Positions 37,946 through 47,493 of a stretch of DNA of 64,000 bases are shown here, in pieces. Origin of the DNA: Actinomycetota bacterium (lineage in GTDB: Bacteria; Actinomycetota; UBA4738); the NCBI GenBank assembly GCA_050692195.1, contig JBOGVA010000074.1, positions 8,309-72,308 of the forward strand, read 5' to 3'. Both the position numbers and the translations under genes were made by a program. Numbering within the stretch: position 1 is the first letter of the stretch; every line of letters starts with the position of its first letter. The notes beneath the pieces were generated by a model, which was not told the origin of the DNA, ran no database searches, and was given only the letters and a program-made list of their open reading frames with translations.

Positions 37946-40099
37946 GTGCGGATCGTGACCCTGGGAGGGGGGCCGGCAGGACTGTACTTCAGCCTGCTCA
38001 TGAAGAAGGTGGATCCTGATCACCAGGTCACGGTGGTCGAGCGCAACCCCCCCGACGCCACGTACGGCTGGGGGGTGGTCTTCTCGGAGGAGACGCTCGG
38101 CGCGCTGCGGGATGCCGACCTCCAGACGTTCGAGGAGATCCAGGACAGCTTCGCGAAGTGGAACGCCATCGACGTCCACTACCGGGACCGGACCATCCGC
38201 TCCCGCGGGCACGCGTTCTCCGCCATCTCTCGCGTGAAGCTCCTGAACATCCTGCAGCGCCGGTGCGCCGATCTCGAGGTCGACCTGCAGTTCCTGACAG
38301 AGGTCACGGATCCGCAGACGCTGCTGGAGGCCGACCTCGTCGTCGGGGCGGACGGGGTCAACAGCGTGGTCCGAGGACGCTTCGCCGATCGCTTCCTGCC
38401 CGCGCTCGACGTGCATACCACCAGGTTCGTCTGGTTCGGCACGGACCTGGTGTTCAAGGCCTTCACCTTCATCTTCCGCGAGAACGAGCACGGGCTGTTC
38501 CAGGTGCACGCCTACCCCTTCGACGCGCAGACCAGCACGTTCATCGTCGAATGCCCCGAGTCCACGTGGGCACGGGCTGGGCTCGATGGAGCCACGGAGG
38601 TGGAGAGCATCGCCTACTGCGAGAAGCTCTTCGCCGACGATCTCGCCGGACACTCGCTTCTTTCGAACCGGTCGCTCTGGATCAACTTCATCACGGTCAA
38701 GAACCAGACCTGGCACCACCGCAACGTCGTCCTGCTGGGCGATTCGGCCCATACCGCTCACTTCACCATCGGCTCGGGGACGAAGCTCGCCATGGAGGAT
38801 GCCGTCGCCTTGTCCGAAGCTCTTCGCCGGCACGCCAACCTGGAGACCGCTCTCACCGACTTCGAGATGGAGCGTCAGCCGGTCGTGGAGCGTTTCCAGG
38901 AAGCCGCCCTGGAGAGCTCCGCGTACTTCGAGAACGTGAGCCGGTACGCGACGTTCGACCCGATCCAGTTCGCCTTCAACCTGCTCACCCGGAGCGGGAG
39001 GATCACCCACCTCGAGCTCGAGAAGCGCGACCCCGACTTCGTCGCGAGGGTCGATGGATGGTTCGCGGCCAACGCCACGGGAGACGATGAGGCCGAGGAC
39101 GTCATCGCCCGCCCGCCCATGTTCTCGCCGCTCATATTGGGGGGAACGACGATCGCGAACCGCGTGGTGGTGTCCCCGACAGGTGAGGACGACGCCGCGG
39201 AGGGGGAGCCGAGCGCCGGCCACGCCGAACGATTGCTGCTCGCAGCCCGGTCGGCGGCGGGGCTCGTGCTGACCGAGCCCGTCGCGGTCTCGGCACACGC
39301 GCGGATCACTCCCGGAACGCCGGGGCTCTACGAAGATCGCCACGGCGACGCATGGCGGCGGATCGTGGAGGAGATCCATCGCATACCGGCGGCCCGGGTG
39401 GCCATCCGACTGGTGCACGCGGGGGCCCGGGGGGCGACCCGCCCCCGGCGGTGGGGCGTGGACCGGCCGCTCCGAGACGGAGCCTGGCCGCTGCTGGCCC
39501 CGTCGGCCGTGCCCTACACGAGAGGGAGCCAGGTGCCTCACCCCATGACTGCCGACAAGATGCAGGACGTCAGGGACGATTTCGTTCGGGCCGCCGAGCG
39601 TGCCGCGGAAGCCGGGTTCGATCTCCTCGAGCTGGACATGGGGCACGGGTACCTCCTGGCGAGCTTCCTGTCTCCGCTTACCAACCGGCGGTCCGACGCG
39701 TACGGGGGCTCCTTGGAGAATCGCATGCGCTATCCGCTCGAGGTCATGGACGCCGTCCGCGCGGTCTGGCCGGGCGACCGCCCCCTCGGCGCTCGGCTGA
39801 ACGTGACCGATTGGGCAGCGGGGGGCTTCGACGTGGACGAGGCGGTGTGGGTCTCCGGGGTGCTGGGGGAGCACGGTTGCGATCTCATCGAGGTGGCGGC
39901 CGGCCAGACGATCGAGCACGACAAGCCTCAGTACGGGCGATTCTTCCTCGTCCCGTACAGCGACCGCGTTCGAAACGAAGCCAGCATCCACACCCTGGCC
40001 TCCGGCGGCCTCACCACGGCAGACGAGATCAACACGATCCTCGCGGCGGGCCGGGCCGACCTGTGCGTACTGGACCGCCGAGCGGCCCCGGGTCGCTAG
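37946..40099 (+). CDS. bifunctional FAD-dependent aromatic hydroxylase / Old-Yellow-Enzyme (FMN) oxidoreductase, salicylyl-CoA 5-hydroxylase (SdgC)-like
   Basis: N-terminal FAD monooxygenase (RIVTLGGGPAGL, DLVVGADGVNS, GDSAHTAHFTIGSGTKLAMED) fused to a C-terminal OYE/NADH:flavin oxidoreductase domain; GTG start after a GGGGAGGG RBS. Confidence 0.8.
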   Translation: MRIVTLGGGPAGLYFSLLMKKVDPDHQVTVVERNPPDATYGWGVVFSEETLGALRDADLQTFEEIQDSFAKWNAIDVHYRDRTIRSRGHAFSAISRVKLLNILQRRCADLEVDLQFLTEVTDPQTLLEADLVVGADGVNSVVRGRFADRFLPALDVHTTRFVWFGTDLVFKAFTFIFRENEHGLFQVHAYPFDAQTSTFIVECPESTWARAGLDGATEVESIAYCEKLFADDLAGHSLLSNRSLWINFITVKNQTWHHRNVVLLGDSAHTAHFTIGSGTKLAMEDAVALSEALRRHANLETALTDFEMERQPVVERFQEAALESSAYFENVSRYATFDPIQFAFNLLTRSGRITHLELEKRDPDFVARVDGWFAANATGDDEAEDVIARPPMFSPLILGGTTIANRVVVSPTGEDDAAEGEPSAGHAERLLLAARSAAGLVLTEPVAVSAHARITPGTPGLYEDRHGDAWRRIVEEIHRIPAARVAIRLVHAGARGATRPRRWGVDRPLRDGAWPLLAPSAVPYTRGSQVPHPMTADKMQDVRDDFVRAAERAAEAGFDLLELDMGHGYLLASFLSPLTNRRSDAYGGSLENRMRYPLEVMDAVRAVWPGDRPLGARLNVTDWAAGGFDVDEAVWVSGVLGEHGCDLIEVAAGQTIEHDKPQYGRFFLVPYSDRVRNEASIHTLASGGLTTADEINTILAAGRADLCVLDRRAAPGR

Positions 40100-40124
40100 C
40101 CCGCGCTCTCTATGCGGTCGCCGC

Positions 40125-41489
40125 TCAAGCCGAGCTAGAGCCGCTCCGAGGAGGCCACTGGTAGCCCTGCCACGGGTCGTAGTCCACCTCGAGCGCCTCC
40201 TGATGAGGGCGCTCGGCCTCAGGCACGTTCCTCAGATTCAGCCGGATTCGCGTCCAGGTGGTGCTTCGCCCCCGCATCGAGTCCACCAGCAGATCGGCAG
40301 GCTCCAGGTACGACCACACCCCGGGATGCCGCGCCTTCCAACGCTCCAGTCCCTCCATCGCCTCCTCCTCGGTGGCCGCCCGAGCGATCTCGATCAGGGG
40401 CATGGTCGTCCGCCGCCGTCCCGTCGGTCCGGCGGCCTTTCCCGGCGCGGGAGGCGGCACCATCCCTTCTCGCACCTGTGTGCCGGTGGCCCTTCGTCGC
40501 TTGGACGGCTGGACCCGGGGCGGCTCGCCCGCCTGCTTGGCGAAATGGGGCGGCCACGGGGCGTCGGCGAAACCGGCGGCTTCGTGCTGGGCCGCCAGCT
40601 CCAGGAGCGGTTCCAGCGAGCCGGCGGCCTCGTCGATCCCCTCCGAAGGGTCGCCGAGTCGGGCAAACCGCTCCGGAACGGTGTCGATCGTGAACGCAGC
40701 AGGGTCGCAATCGGGCGCCTCGTCCCAGCTGATGGGAGTGGACACTCGAGCATCGGGGGTCGGGCGAACCGAATAGGCGGACGCGACCGTCCGATCCTTT
40801 GCGTTCTGGTTGTAGTCGAGGAAGACGCCGTGGCGTTCTTCCTTCCACCACTTGCTGGTGGCAAGCTCCGGCACCCGCCGTTCGACCTCTCGGGCCAGGG
40901 CCAGGGCCGCGCGGCGTACTTCCGTGAAGGACCACCGGCGCTCGATCCGGCAGTAGACGTGGAACCCTCGCGAACCTGACGTCTTGGGCCATCCCACCAA
41001 TCCGAAGTCCTCGATGGCCTCCTTGGTCACCAGGGCGACGTCCCGGATCTGTGCCCATTCCACGCCGGGGAGAGGGTCGAGGTCGACCCTGAGCTCGTTG
41101 GGGTGGTCCAGGTCGTCCGCACGGACCGGGTGCGGATTGAGGTCGATGCACCCGAGGTTGACCACCCAGGCAAGCTGCGCGGCATCCCGGACCACGATCT
41201 CGTGGGCCGTCCGGCCGGATGGGAAGCTCAGCTCGACCATCTCGACCCAGTCGGGCCGCGACTCCGGGGCCCGTTTCTGGAAGAAGAACTCGCCCTCGGC
41301 CCCGTTGACGTACCGCTTCAGGGCCATGGGACGTCCCGCCACCCCGCGAAGAGCGCCGCCGGCCACGGCCAGGTAATAGCGAACGAGGTCCAGCTTGGTG
41401 TGCCCGGTGCGCGGGAAGAAGACCTTGTCCGGATTGGTGACGGTCACGTCACGGCCGTCGACGGGCAGGATCTCCTTTCGGCCCGGCAT
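40125..41489 (-). CDS. stand-alone LigD-type primase-polymerase (NHEJ polymerase domain) with about 110-aa C-terminal extension
   Basis: VDGRDVTVTNPDKVFFP, RVDLDP and KTSGSRGFHVY motifs of the LigD Pol/prim-pol domain; start at MPGRKEIL. Confidence 0.8.
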   Translation of the reverse strand: MPGRKEILPVDGRDVTVTNPDKVFFPRTGHTKLDLVRYYLAVAGGALRGVAGRPMALKRYVNGAEGEFFFQKRAPESRPDWVEMVELSFPSGRTAHEIVVRDAAQLAWVVNLGCIDLNPHPVRADDLDHPNELRVDLDPLPGVEWAQIRDVALVTKEAIEDFGLVGWPKTSGSRGFHVYCRIERRWSFTEVRRAALALAREVERRVPELATSKWWKEERHGVFLDYNQNAKDRTVASAYSVRPTPDARVSTPISWDEAPDCDPAAFTIDTVPERFARLGDPSEGIDEAAGSLEPLLELAAQHEAAGFADAPWPPHFAKQAGEPPRVQPSKRRRATGTQVREGMVPPPAPGKAAGPTGRRRTTMPLIEIARAATEEEAMEGLERWKARHPGVWSYLEPADLLVDSMRGRSTTWTRIRLNLRNVPEAERPHQEALEVDYDPWQGYQWPPRSGSSSA

Positions 41490-41534
41490 GTCCACACGAT
41501 ACGGCGTGCCGACTCGGCCGTAGACTGCCTCTCG

Positions 41535-44500
41535 TGCCTGTCTGCCGTCACCCTGGGGGCTCGCCCCGAGGAGGGCGAGGGGATCGTCGCCGGTGACGTC
41601 GTCAACACCGCTGCACGCCTCCAGCAGGCCGCGCCCACCAACGGGGTAGTGGTGGGCGAGGTCACCTTCCGCGCTACCAAGGACGTCATCGAATACGAAG
41701 AAACCGAACCGGTCCTGGCGAAGGGGAAGGCCGAGCCGATCCCGATCTGGCTCGCCAGGGCCCCCCGGACCCGATTCGGTGTGGACGTCGAGCAGGCGGA
41801 TCGCGCCCCGTTCGTTGGGCGGCACGATGAGCTGGAGCTCATGAAACGGACGTTCGCCCGAACGGTGAACGAGTCGGGGGTCCAGGTGGTCACCGTGACG
41901 GGTGAGCCGGGCGTGGGCAAGACGCGGCTGGTCTGGGAGCTCCGAAGCTTCCTCGACAACCAGCCGGGCCTCGTCTACTGGCGCCAGGGCCGCTGCCTCC
42001 CATACGGCGAGGGCGTGACGTTCTGGGCGCTCGGCGAGATGGTCAAGGCCCAAGCCGGGATCCTGGAGTCCGACGACCCGGAGCAGGCCGCACAGAAGAT
42101 CGAGGTGGCGGCGCGGGCGGTGGCCACCGACTCCTCGGAGCAGGAATGGCTCGAGGCCCGGCTCTCTCCACTGGTGGGCATCGGCGGGCCCGACGGCGGC
42201 AGGGTCGCCGAGCGAGACGAGTCCTTCGCGGCCTGGCGTCGGTTCCTGGAGGCCATCGCCGCGCTCCGGCCGCTCGTTCTCGTGTTCGAGGACCTTCACT
42301 GGGCCGACCTGGCGCTGCTCGACTTCGTGGAGCATCTCGTTGACTGGTCCACCGAGGTGCCACTGCTCGTGCTCTGTACTGCCCGGCCGGAGCTGTACGA
42401 GCGGTACCCTGCGTGGGGGGGCGGCAAGCGAAACTCCACCACGCTGGCGCTCCCTCCCCTCGCGGAGCAGGACACGGCGCACCTGATCTCCGTCCTTCTG
42501 TCCCAGGCGGTGCTTCCGGCGGAGGTGCATGCCGCCTTGCTCGAGCGGTGCGGCGGCAATCCCCTCTATGCGGAGGAGTTCGTCCGGATGCTGCTGGACC
42601 GCGGGATCCTGGAACGTCGCGGGCGGACGGTCCGGATCGCGCCGGGCTCCGAGATCCCCGTCCCCGAGACAGTGCAGGCCCTCATCGCCGCCCGCCTCGA
42701 CACCTTGCCTCCCGAGCGGAAGTCACTCCTCCAGGATGGCTCGGTGGTGGGGAAGGTGTTCTGGTCGGGAGCGGTGGCGTTCATGGGCGGGATCGACGAG
42801 AGGACGGCGAGAGCCGAGCTGCACGAGCTGGGCCGCAAGGAACTGCTCCGTCCGGCCAGGACTCCATCGGTGAAGGATCAGGCGGAGTATTCCTTCTGGC
42901 ACATCCTCGTGCGGGACGTCGCCTACGGGCAGATACCTCGGGCCTCGCGAGGTCGCAAGCACCGGCTGGCGGCAGAGTGGTTAGAGCGAGTGGCCGGCGA
43001 CCGGGTGGCCGACCTCGCGGAGTTTCTGGCCTTCCACTACGAGCGAGCTCTGGAGCTGGCCCGGTCGGCTGGCGAGACGGAGGAGGTCCCAGCACTGGAG
43101 GAAGGGACCTTGAGATTCCTCGTCATGGCCGGCGACCGCGCGTTCCATCTCGATCTCGGGAAGGCGTACGAGTTCTACCGGCGGGCGCTCGAGCTCATTC
43201 CGCCCGAGCATCCGGATCGTCCGCGCGTCCTGGCCGAGGCGATGGACGCCGGTGGCGGCGCTGGCCTGCTTTCCCTGGACGAGGCGGAGCCTCGTTTCCT
43301 GGAGGCGATCGAGGCGTTCCGGACCCGGGGCGACCTCCTGGGCGCCGGAGATGCGGCGCTCAGGCTCGCGGGGTGGGTCTGGGTGCGGGGCGAGACTTCC
43401 CGGGCGGCGAGTATCGCTGGGGAGGCCGCCGACCTCCTCGAGCCACACGGCTCCACGCCACAACTCGCCGAGGCCTACAACGAGCTCGCCCGTTACGCCA
43501 CGCTTGGCGGACGGCGGGATGAAGGCCTTCGATGGACCGAGCAGGCGCTCGCGATGGCCCGAGAGCTGGGCATCGGCAGGGTGGAGGCCAGGGCGCTCCA
43601 GTTCCGGGGAATCATCAGATGCGAGCGCGGCGACGTGGGGGGCCTGGAGGACCTCCGGGAATCGCTGCGCATGTGCCTCGAGTTGGGAGTGGGAGTGACA
43701 TACGAGACGGGAACCGCGTACACGAACCTTGGAAGCGAGTTGTGGATGATCCAGGGACCGGCCAGCGCCCTGGAGATCTATCGCGAAGGGGTCGAATTCG
43801 CCACGCGGCGCCGATACGCCGCGCAGGTCGCGTGGATAAGGGCGGAGATGCTCTGGGCGCTGTTCGACCTCGGCGATTGGGACGAGGTGTTGAGAGTCGC
43901 GGACGAGCTGCTCGAGTGGGATCCGGCCGGCGCTCGAACCCAGCAGGGGGTGTTCGCCCTCTCCTACAAGGCCCGGGTGCTCGTTTCGCGAGGCGAGGTG
44001 TCGGAGGCCATTGGTCTCTGCGCCCACCTCCTCCCTCGAGCCAGGACCATCAGGGACCCGCAGGTGCTCGGGCCGGCGCTGGAGGTGGCCGCCCTGGTCG
44101 AGCTGGCCCGAGGGGACCAGGGCGGTGTGCCGGCGGCCGCCGCGTTGATCGAAGAGCTCAACCGAGAGCAAGGTGCGTTGCTGTTGACGCACGGTTTGAC
44201 GGCGGCGAACGCTGCACGTGTGCTCGTTGCCGCCGGAAAGCCGGAGCGGGCGAAGGCGTTCCTGGAGAAGGCGGCCGGGGGAGTCGGGCGCGCGGAACAC
44301 AACGTGCTTACGGGGCGAGCCGTCCTGGCGGAGTCGCTGGGCGATCTGAGGGAAGCGCTGGAGCTGTACTCCGACGCCGCAGCGCAATGGGCCCGCTTCC
44401 GGATCCCGTTCGAGCAGGCTTTGGCTCTGCTCGGGGTAGGGCGGTGCCTGGTGAGCCTGGGCCGACCGGGCGAGGCCGCGGAACCTTTGCGGGAGGCCCG

Positions 44501-44585
44501 CGACATCTTCACCCCGCTCGGAGCTCGGCCCGCGCTCAAAGAGACCGACGAGCTGCTCGAGCGGGCGGTGGCCCGGACGTCCTGA
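41535..44585 (+). CDS. STAND/AAA NTPase-TPR regulator with only the C-terminal half of a class III cyclase domain (5'-truncated paralog of 25650-29315, no SBP domain)
   Basis: In-frame GDVVNTAARLQ...VLAKGKAEP cyclase C-terminus, then GEPGVGKTRL P-loop, DLHWADLALL and long TPR-like helical region; first ATG only at about 41841. Confidence 0.7.
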   Translation, partial: CLSAVTLGARPEEGEGIVAGDVVNTAARLQQAAPTNGVVVGEVTFRATKDVIEYEETEPVLAKGKAEPIPIWLARAPRTRFGVDVEQADRAPFVGRHDELELMKRTFARTVNESGVQVVTVTGEPGVGKTRLVWELRSFLDNQPGLVYWRQGRCLPYGEGVTFWALGEMVKAQAGILESDDPEQAAQKIEVAARAVATDSSEQEWLEARLSPLVGIGGPDGGRVAERDESFAAWRRFLEAIAALRPLVLVFEDLHWADLALLDFVEHLVDWSTEVPLLVLCTARPELYERYPAWGGGKRNSTTLALPPLAEQDTAHLISVLLSQAVLPAEVHAALLERCGGNPLYAEEFVRMLLDRGILERRGRTVRIAPGSEIPVPETVQALIAARLDTLPPERKSLLQDGSVVGKVFWSGAVAFMGGIDERTARAELHELGRKELLRPARTPSVKDQAEYSFWHILVRDVAYGQIPRASRGRKHRLAAEWLERVAGDRVADLAEFLAFHYERALELARSAGETEEVPALEEGTLRFLVMAGDRAFHLDLGKAYEFYRRALELIPPEHPDRPRVLAEAMDAGGGAGLLSLDEAEPRFLEAIEAFRTRGDLLGAGDAALRLAGWVWVRGETSRAASIAGEAADLLEPHGSTPQLAEAYNELARYATLGGRRDEGLRWTEQALAMARELGIGRVEARALQFRGIIRCERGDVGGLEDLRESLRMCLELGVGVTYETGTAYTNLGSELWMIQGPASALEIYREGVEFATRRRYAAQVAWIRAEMLWALFDLGDWDEVLRVADELLEWDPAGARTQQGVFALSYKARVLVSRGEVSEAIGLCAHLLPRARTIRDPQVLGPALEVAALVELARGDQGGVPAAAALIEELNREQGALLLTHGLTAANAARVLVAAGKPERAKAFLEKAAGGVGRAEHNVLTGRAVLAESLGDLREALELYSDAAAQWARFRIPFEQALALLGVGRCLVSLGRPGEAAEPLREARDIFTPLGARPALKETDELLERAVARTS

Positions 44586-44598
44586 GGGTCGCTCCTGG

Positions 44599-44808
44599 TC
44601 AGGCGCCCAGCTCGTAGACCTGGCCCGGGTCCATGTCGAGGCCGTTCATGACCTGCCACAGGGCGGCCAGGGCCTTCTGCGCGTTGCGTCGGGCGAAGGG
44701 CGGTAGGTCGTCGCCGTGCATCTCGATCACGCTCGCCAGCTGCCGGTAGCAGTCTACGAGCTTGCCCTCGGCCCCGGTCAGCTCGACGCCCATGTGGTTC
44801 TCCATCAC
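44599..44808 (-). CDS. small hypothetical protein (69 aa) co-transcribed with the CoA ligase
   Basis: ATGA overlap with the upstream PaaK-like gene stop; acidic; no recognised motif. Confidence 0.5.
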   Translation of the reverse strand: MMENHMGVELTGAEGKLVDCYRQLASVIEMHGDDLPPFARRNAQKALAALWQVMNGLDMDPGQVYELGA

Positions 44809-46163
44809 GTCTGCCTCCGCTCGTCTTCGGTGCCGATCACGATCCGTTCGTCCAGCAATCGCTTGGCCTTCAGCTCGAAGCGGGGGAGCGTGCCGTTCTC
44901 CGCCTGCTTCACCCCGAATCGCAGGCCCTCATGGGACTCGGCCAGCTCCTTCCCGAGTTGCTCAAGCAGTGCGTCGGCATCCGGCCTGGGATCCGGAATC
45001 TCCACCAGGATCTCGATCTCGTCCCGCCGTCCTTCCGCGGTGTACAGGTGGATCTGGAACTCGTCGATCTCGGGATGCTCCCGGATGATGGCCTCCACGG
45101 CCCGGGGGTACACGTTCGTCCCGCGGACCAGCTTCATGTCGTCCACTCGTCCGCGGATCCCGCCGTCGTACAGGTCCCACGTGCGGCCGCACCGGCAGTT
45201 CGTCCCCGGCACTTTTACCACGTAGTCGCGGGTCCGATATCGCAGCACCGGGATGAATCCGCGGCCGAAGGAGGTCACCACCCGCTCGCCCATCTCTCCG
45301 TAGGGGAGCGGCTTGTCGCCTTCGGGGTCCAGGACCTCTTCGATGTAGTTGTCCTCGATGATGTGCGTACCGCCTGGCTGCTCGGCGCACTCGAAGATCA
45401 TGATCGTGCCGAGCTCGGTCATCCCCGCGGTGTCCCCGGCCTTGGCCCCCCACTCGGCCTCGATCAGCTTCTTGGTGGCCGGGATCGACCCGGCCGGCTC
45501 GCCGGAGAGGATCAGCTTCTCGACGGGCCCGGCCGCCAGGTCGATGCCCATCGTCTTGGCCTCCTGGGCCATGCGCAGCGCGTAGGTCGGAGTGGAGCAC
45601 ACGACCGTGGCGCCCATGTCCATGATCTGCTTGACTCGCTGCTCGGTGGTCAGGGCTCCTCCGGGCAGCGTGAGGCAGCCCATCTTCTCGCAGGCGTAGT
45701 GGAGCCCCCAGAAGCCGATGAACGTGCTGTAGCCGAAGGCCACGAAGACCGTGTCCTCCTGGCGTACCCCGAACCCCCACAGCCCGTAGCACCACATCTC
45801 GGCGATCCACTCCCAGTCCTTCATGGAGTCGAGGACCCGGATCGGCGTTCGCCCCGTGGTGCCCGAGGTCATGTGGTAGCGGATGGCCCTCTGGACCGGC
45901 GCTGCCAGGTTGGTGCCGTACGGGGGGCTTTCGAGCTGGCCCTCCATCCAATCGTCCCGAGTCATGAGGGGGATGCGTCTCAGGTCGTCGAGGCCGTTGA
46001 TCGAATCGGGCGTGACCCCGGCGTCGCGAAGCCGCTTCGCCTGCCACGGAACCTGGGCGTCCGCCCACATCACCAGGTTCCTGAGCTTCCGCGTCTGGAG
46101 CGCCTCCACCTGGTCGTGGGGCAGGGTCTCGTGCCGGGGGTTCCAGTACGGCGAGTCGGCCAT
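44805..46163 (-). CDS. phenylacetate-CoA ligase family (PaaK-like) adenylate-forming enzyme
   Basis: MTSGTTGRTP AMP-binding P-loop, overall PaaK architecture; start at MADSPYWN. Confidence 0.85.
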   Translation of the reverse strand: MADSPYWNPRHETLPHDQVEALQTRKLRNLVMWADAQVPWQAKRLRDAGVTPDSINGLDDLRRIPLMTRDDWMEGQLESPPYGTNLAAPVQRAIRYHMTSGTTGRTPIRVLDSMKDWEWIAEMWCYGLWGFGVRQEDTVFVAFGYSTFIGFWGLHYACEKMGCLTLPGGALTTEQRVKQIMDMGATVVCSTPTYALRMAQEAKTMGIDLAAGPVEKLILSGEPAGSIPATKKLIEAEWGAKAGDTAGMTELGTIMIFECAEQPGGTHIIEDNYIEEVLDPEGDKPLPYGEMGERVVTSFGRGFIPVLRYRTRDYVVKVPGTNCRCGRTWDLYDGGIRGRVDDMKLVRGTNVYPRAVEAIIREHPEIDEFQIHLYTAEGRRDEIEILVEIPDPRPDADALLEQLGKELAESHEGLRFGVKQAENGTLPRFELKAKRLLDERIVIGTEDERRQT

Positions 46164-46238
46164 GATCGTCTCCTTCCGCTCGCGGTAGCGACTCGAGCAT
46201 CGTAGCGAGTGCGGACCGCTCGTGGTAAACCGCATCGG

Positions 46239-47384
46239 ATGGCCTTCGCCCTAACGCCGGAGCAGCAGCGGCTGATCGAGGAGACGCGGCAGCTGGCTCG
46301 CGACGTGCTGGCCCCGATCTCCCGCGAGGGGCAACCGGGGCGGGTGAACCGGAATCTGGTCCGCGCCCTCGCCGAGCAGGGCCCGCTGCCTCGGCTGTTT
46401 CCGAAGCGGGCCGGAGGCGCGCGGGAAGGTGACGTGTCGGCGCTCGAGCTCTGCTTGATCCGGGAGGCGCTGGCCCAGGGCTCGACGGAGGCCGAGACGG
46501 CCTTCGCCATGCAGGGATTGGGGGCTTACCCGATCCTTCAGTCCGGGACGGAGGAGCAGGTGGCCAGATGGGTGCCTGCGGTGGCCCGCGGGGAGGCCGT
46601 GGCCGCCTTCGCGCTGACCGAGCCCGAGCACGGATCCGACGCCGCCGCCATCGAGCTTCGGGCAGAGCGTGACGGCGATGGGTATCGCCTGAGCGGCGTG
46701 AAGACGTGGATCTCCAACGCGCCGGACGCGGACGTCTACACTTTGTTCGCTCGGACGACCAGTGAGGTCGGGGCGAAGGGGGTCACGGCGTTCGTGGTCC
46801 CAGGGGACAGCCCCGGCCTCGCCGGGTCATCCATCGAGCTTCTGTCACCCCACCCGATCGGCCGGCTGGAGCTGGATGGTGTACCGGTGGGTTCCGGTCA
46901 CGTGCTCGGCCAACTGGACCAGGGGTTCCGGGTGGCCATGCGGACCCTGAACCTGTTCAGGCCGAGTGTGGGCGCCTTCGCCGTGGGGATGGCCCAGGCC
47001 GCCCTGGATGCGGCCATGGACCACGCGGCCGACCGGCTTGCCTTCGGCCGGCCGATCCGAGAGTTCCAGGCGGTCTCTCATCTGCTGGCCGAGATGGCCA
47101 CCCGCACCGAAGCCGCGCGCGCGATCGTGTACACGGCAGCATCCGCCTACGACGAGCGGCGCCCTGGCGTCACCCGCTCATCGGCCATGGCCAAGCTGTT
47201 CGCCACCGAGACCGCTCAGTTCGTGGTGGACGCGGCGGTCCAGATCCACGGCGCGGCCGCGCTGGAGCGAGGGCACCTCCTCGAGCACCTGTACCGTGAG
47301 GTCCGGGCGCCGCGCATCTACGAGGGAACGTCAGAGATCCAAAGGGAGATCATCGCCCGCGAGCTGTTTCGGCCCCCCGAGTGA
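46239..47384 (+). CDS. acyl-CoA dehydrogenase
   Basis: ACAD motifs (AFALTEPEHGSDAAA, YEGTSEIQREIIAREL); start at MAFALTPEQ. Confidence 0.85.
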   Translation: MAFALTPEQQRLIEETRQLARDVLAPISREGQPGRVNRNLVRALAEQGPLPRLFPKRAGGAREGDVSALELCLIREALAQGSTEAETAFAMQGLGAYPILQSGTEEQVARWVPAVARGEAVAAFALTEPEHGSDAAAIELRAERDGDGYRLSGVKTWISNAPDADVYTLFARTTSEVGAKGVTAFVVPGDSPGLAGSSIELLSPHPIGRLELDGVPVGSGHVLGQLDQGFRVAMRTLNLFRPSVGAFAVGMAQAALDAAMDHAADRLAFGRPIREFQAVSHLLAEMATRTEAARAIVYTAASAYDERRPGVTRSSAMAKLFATETAQFVVDAAVQIHGAAALERGHLLEHLYREVRAPRIYEGTSEIQREIIARELFRPPE

Positions 47385-47439
47385 GCCTCCCCCAGTTGAC
47401 GACACCCGGCGTTTGCCTGGCTCTAGGTGAGATGTCTTT

Positions 47440-47487
47440 CATCCCGATTCGGGATGTTGAACATCGCAATTCTAGATGTTATACATC
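47440..47487. promoter_or_regulatory. operator array: three palindromes (CATCCCGA-T-TCGGGATG; GATGTT-G-AACATC; GATGT-TAT-ACATC) overlapping a sigma70-like promoter TTGAAC-N17-TATACA
   Basis: Perfect inverted repeats read directly from the sequence in an unusually AT-rich spacer; palindromes 2 and 3 are about 22 bp centre to centre; the -10 ends about 8 nt before the ATG at 47494. Confidence 0.6.
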
Positions 47488-47493
47488 TTTCCA

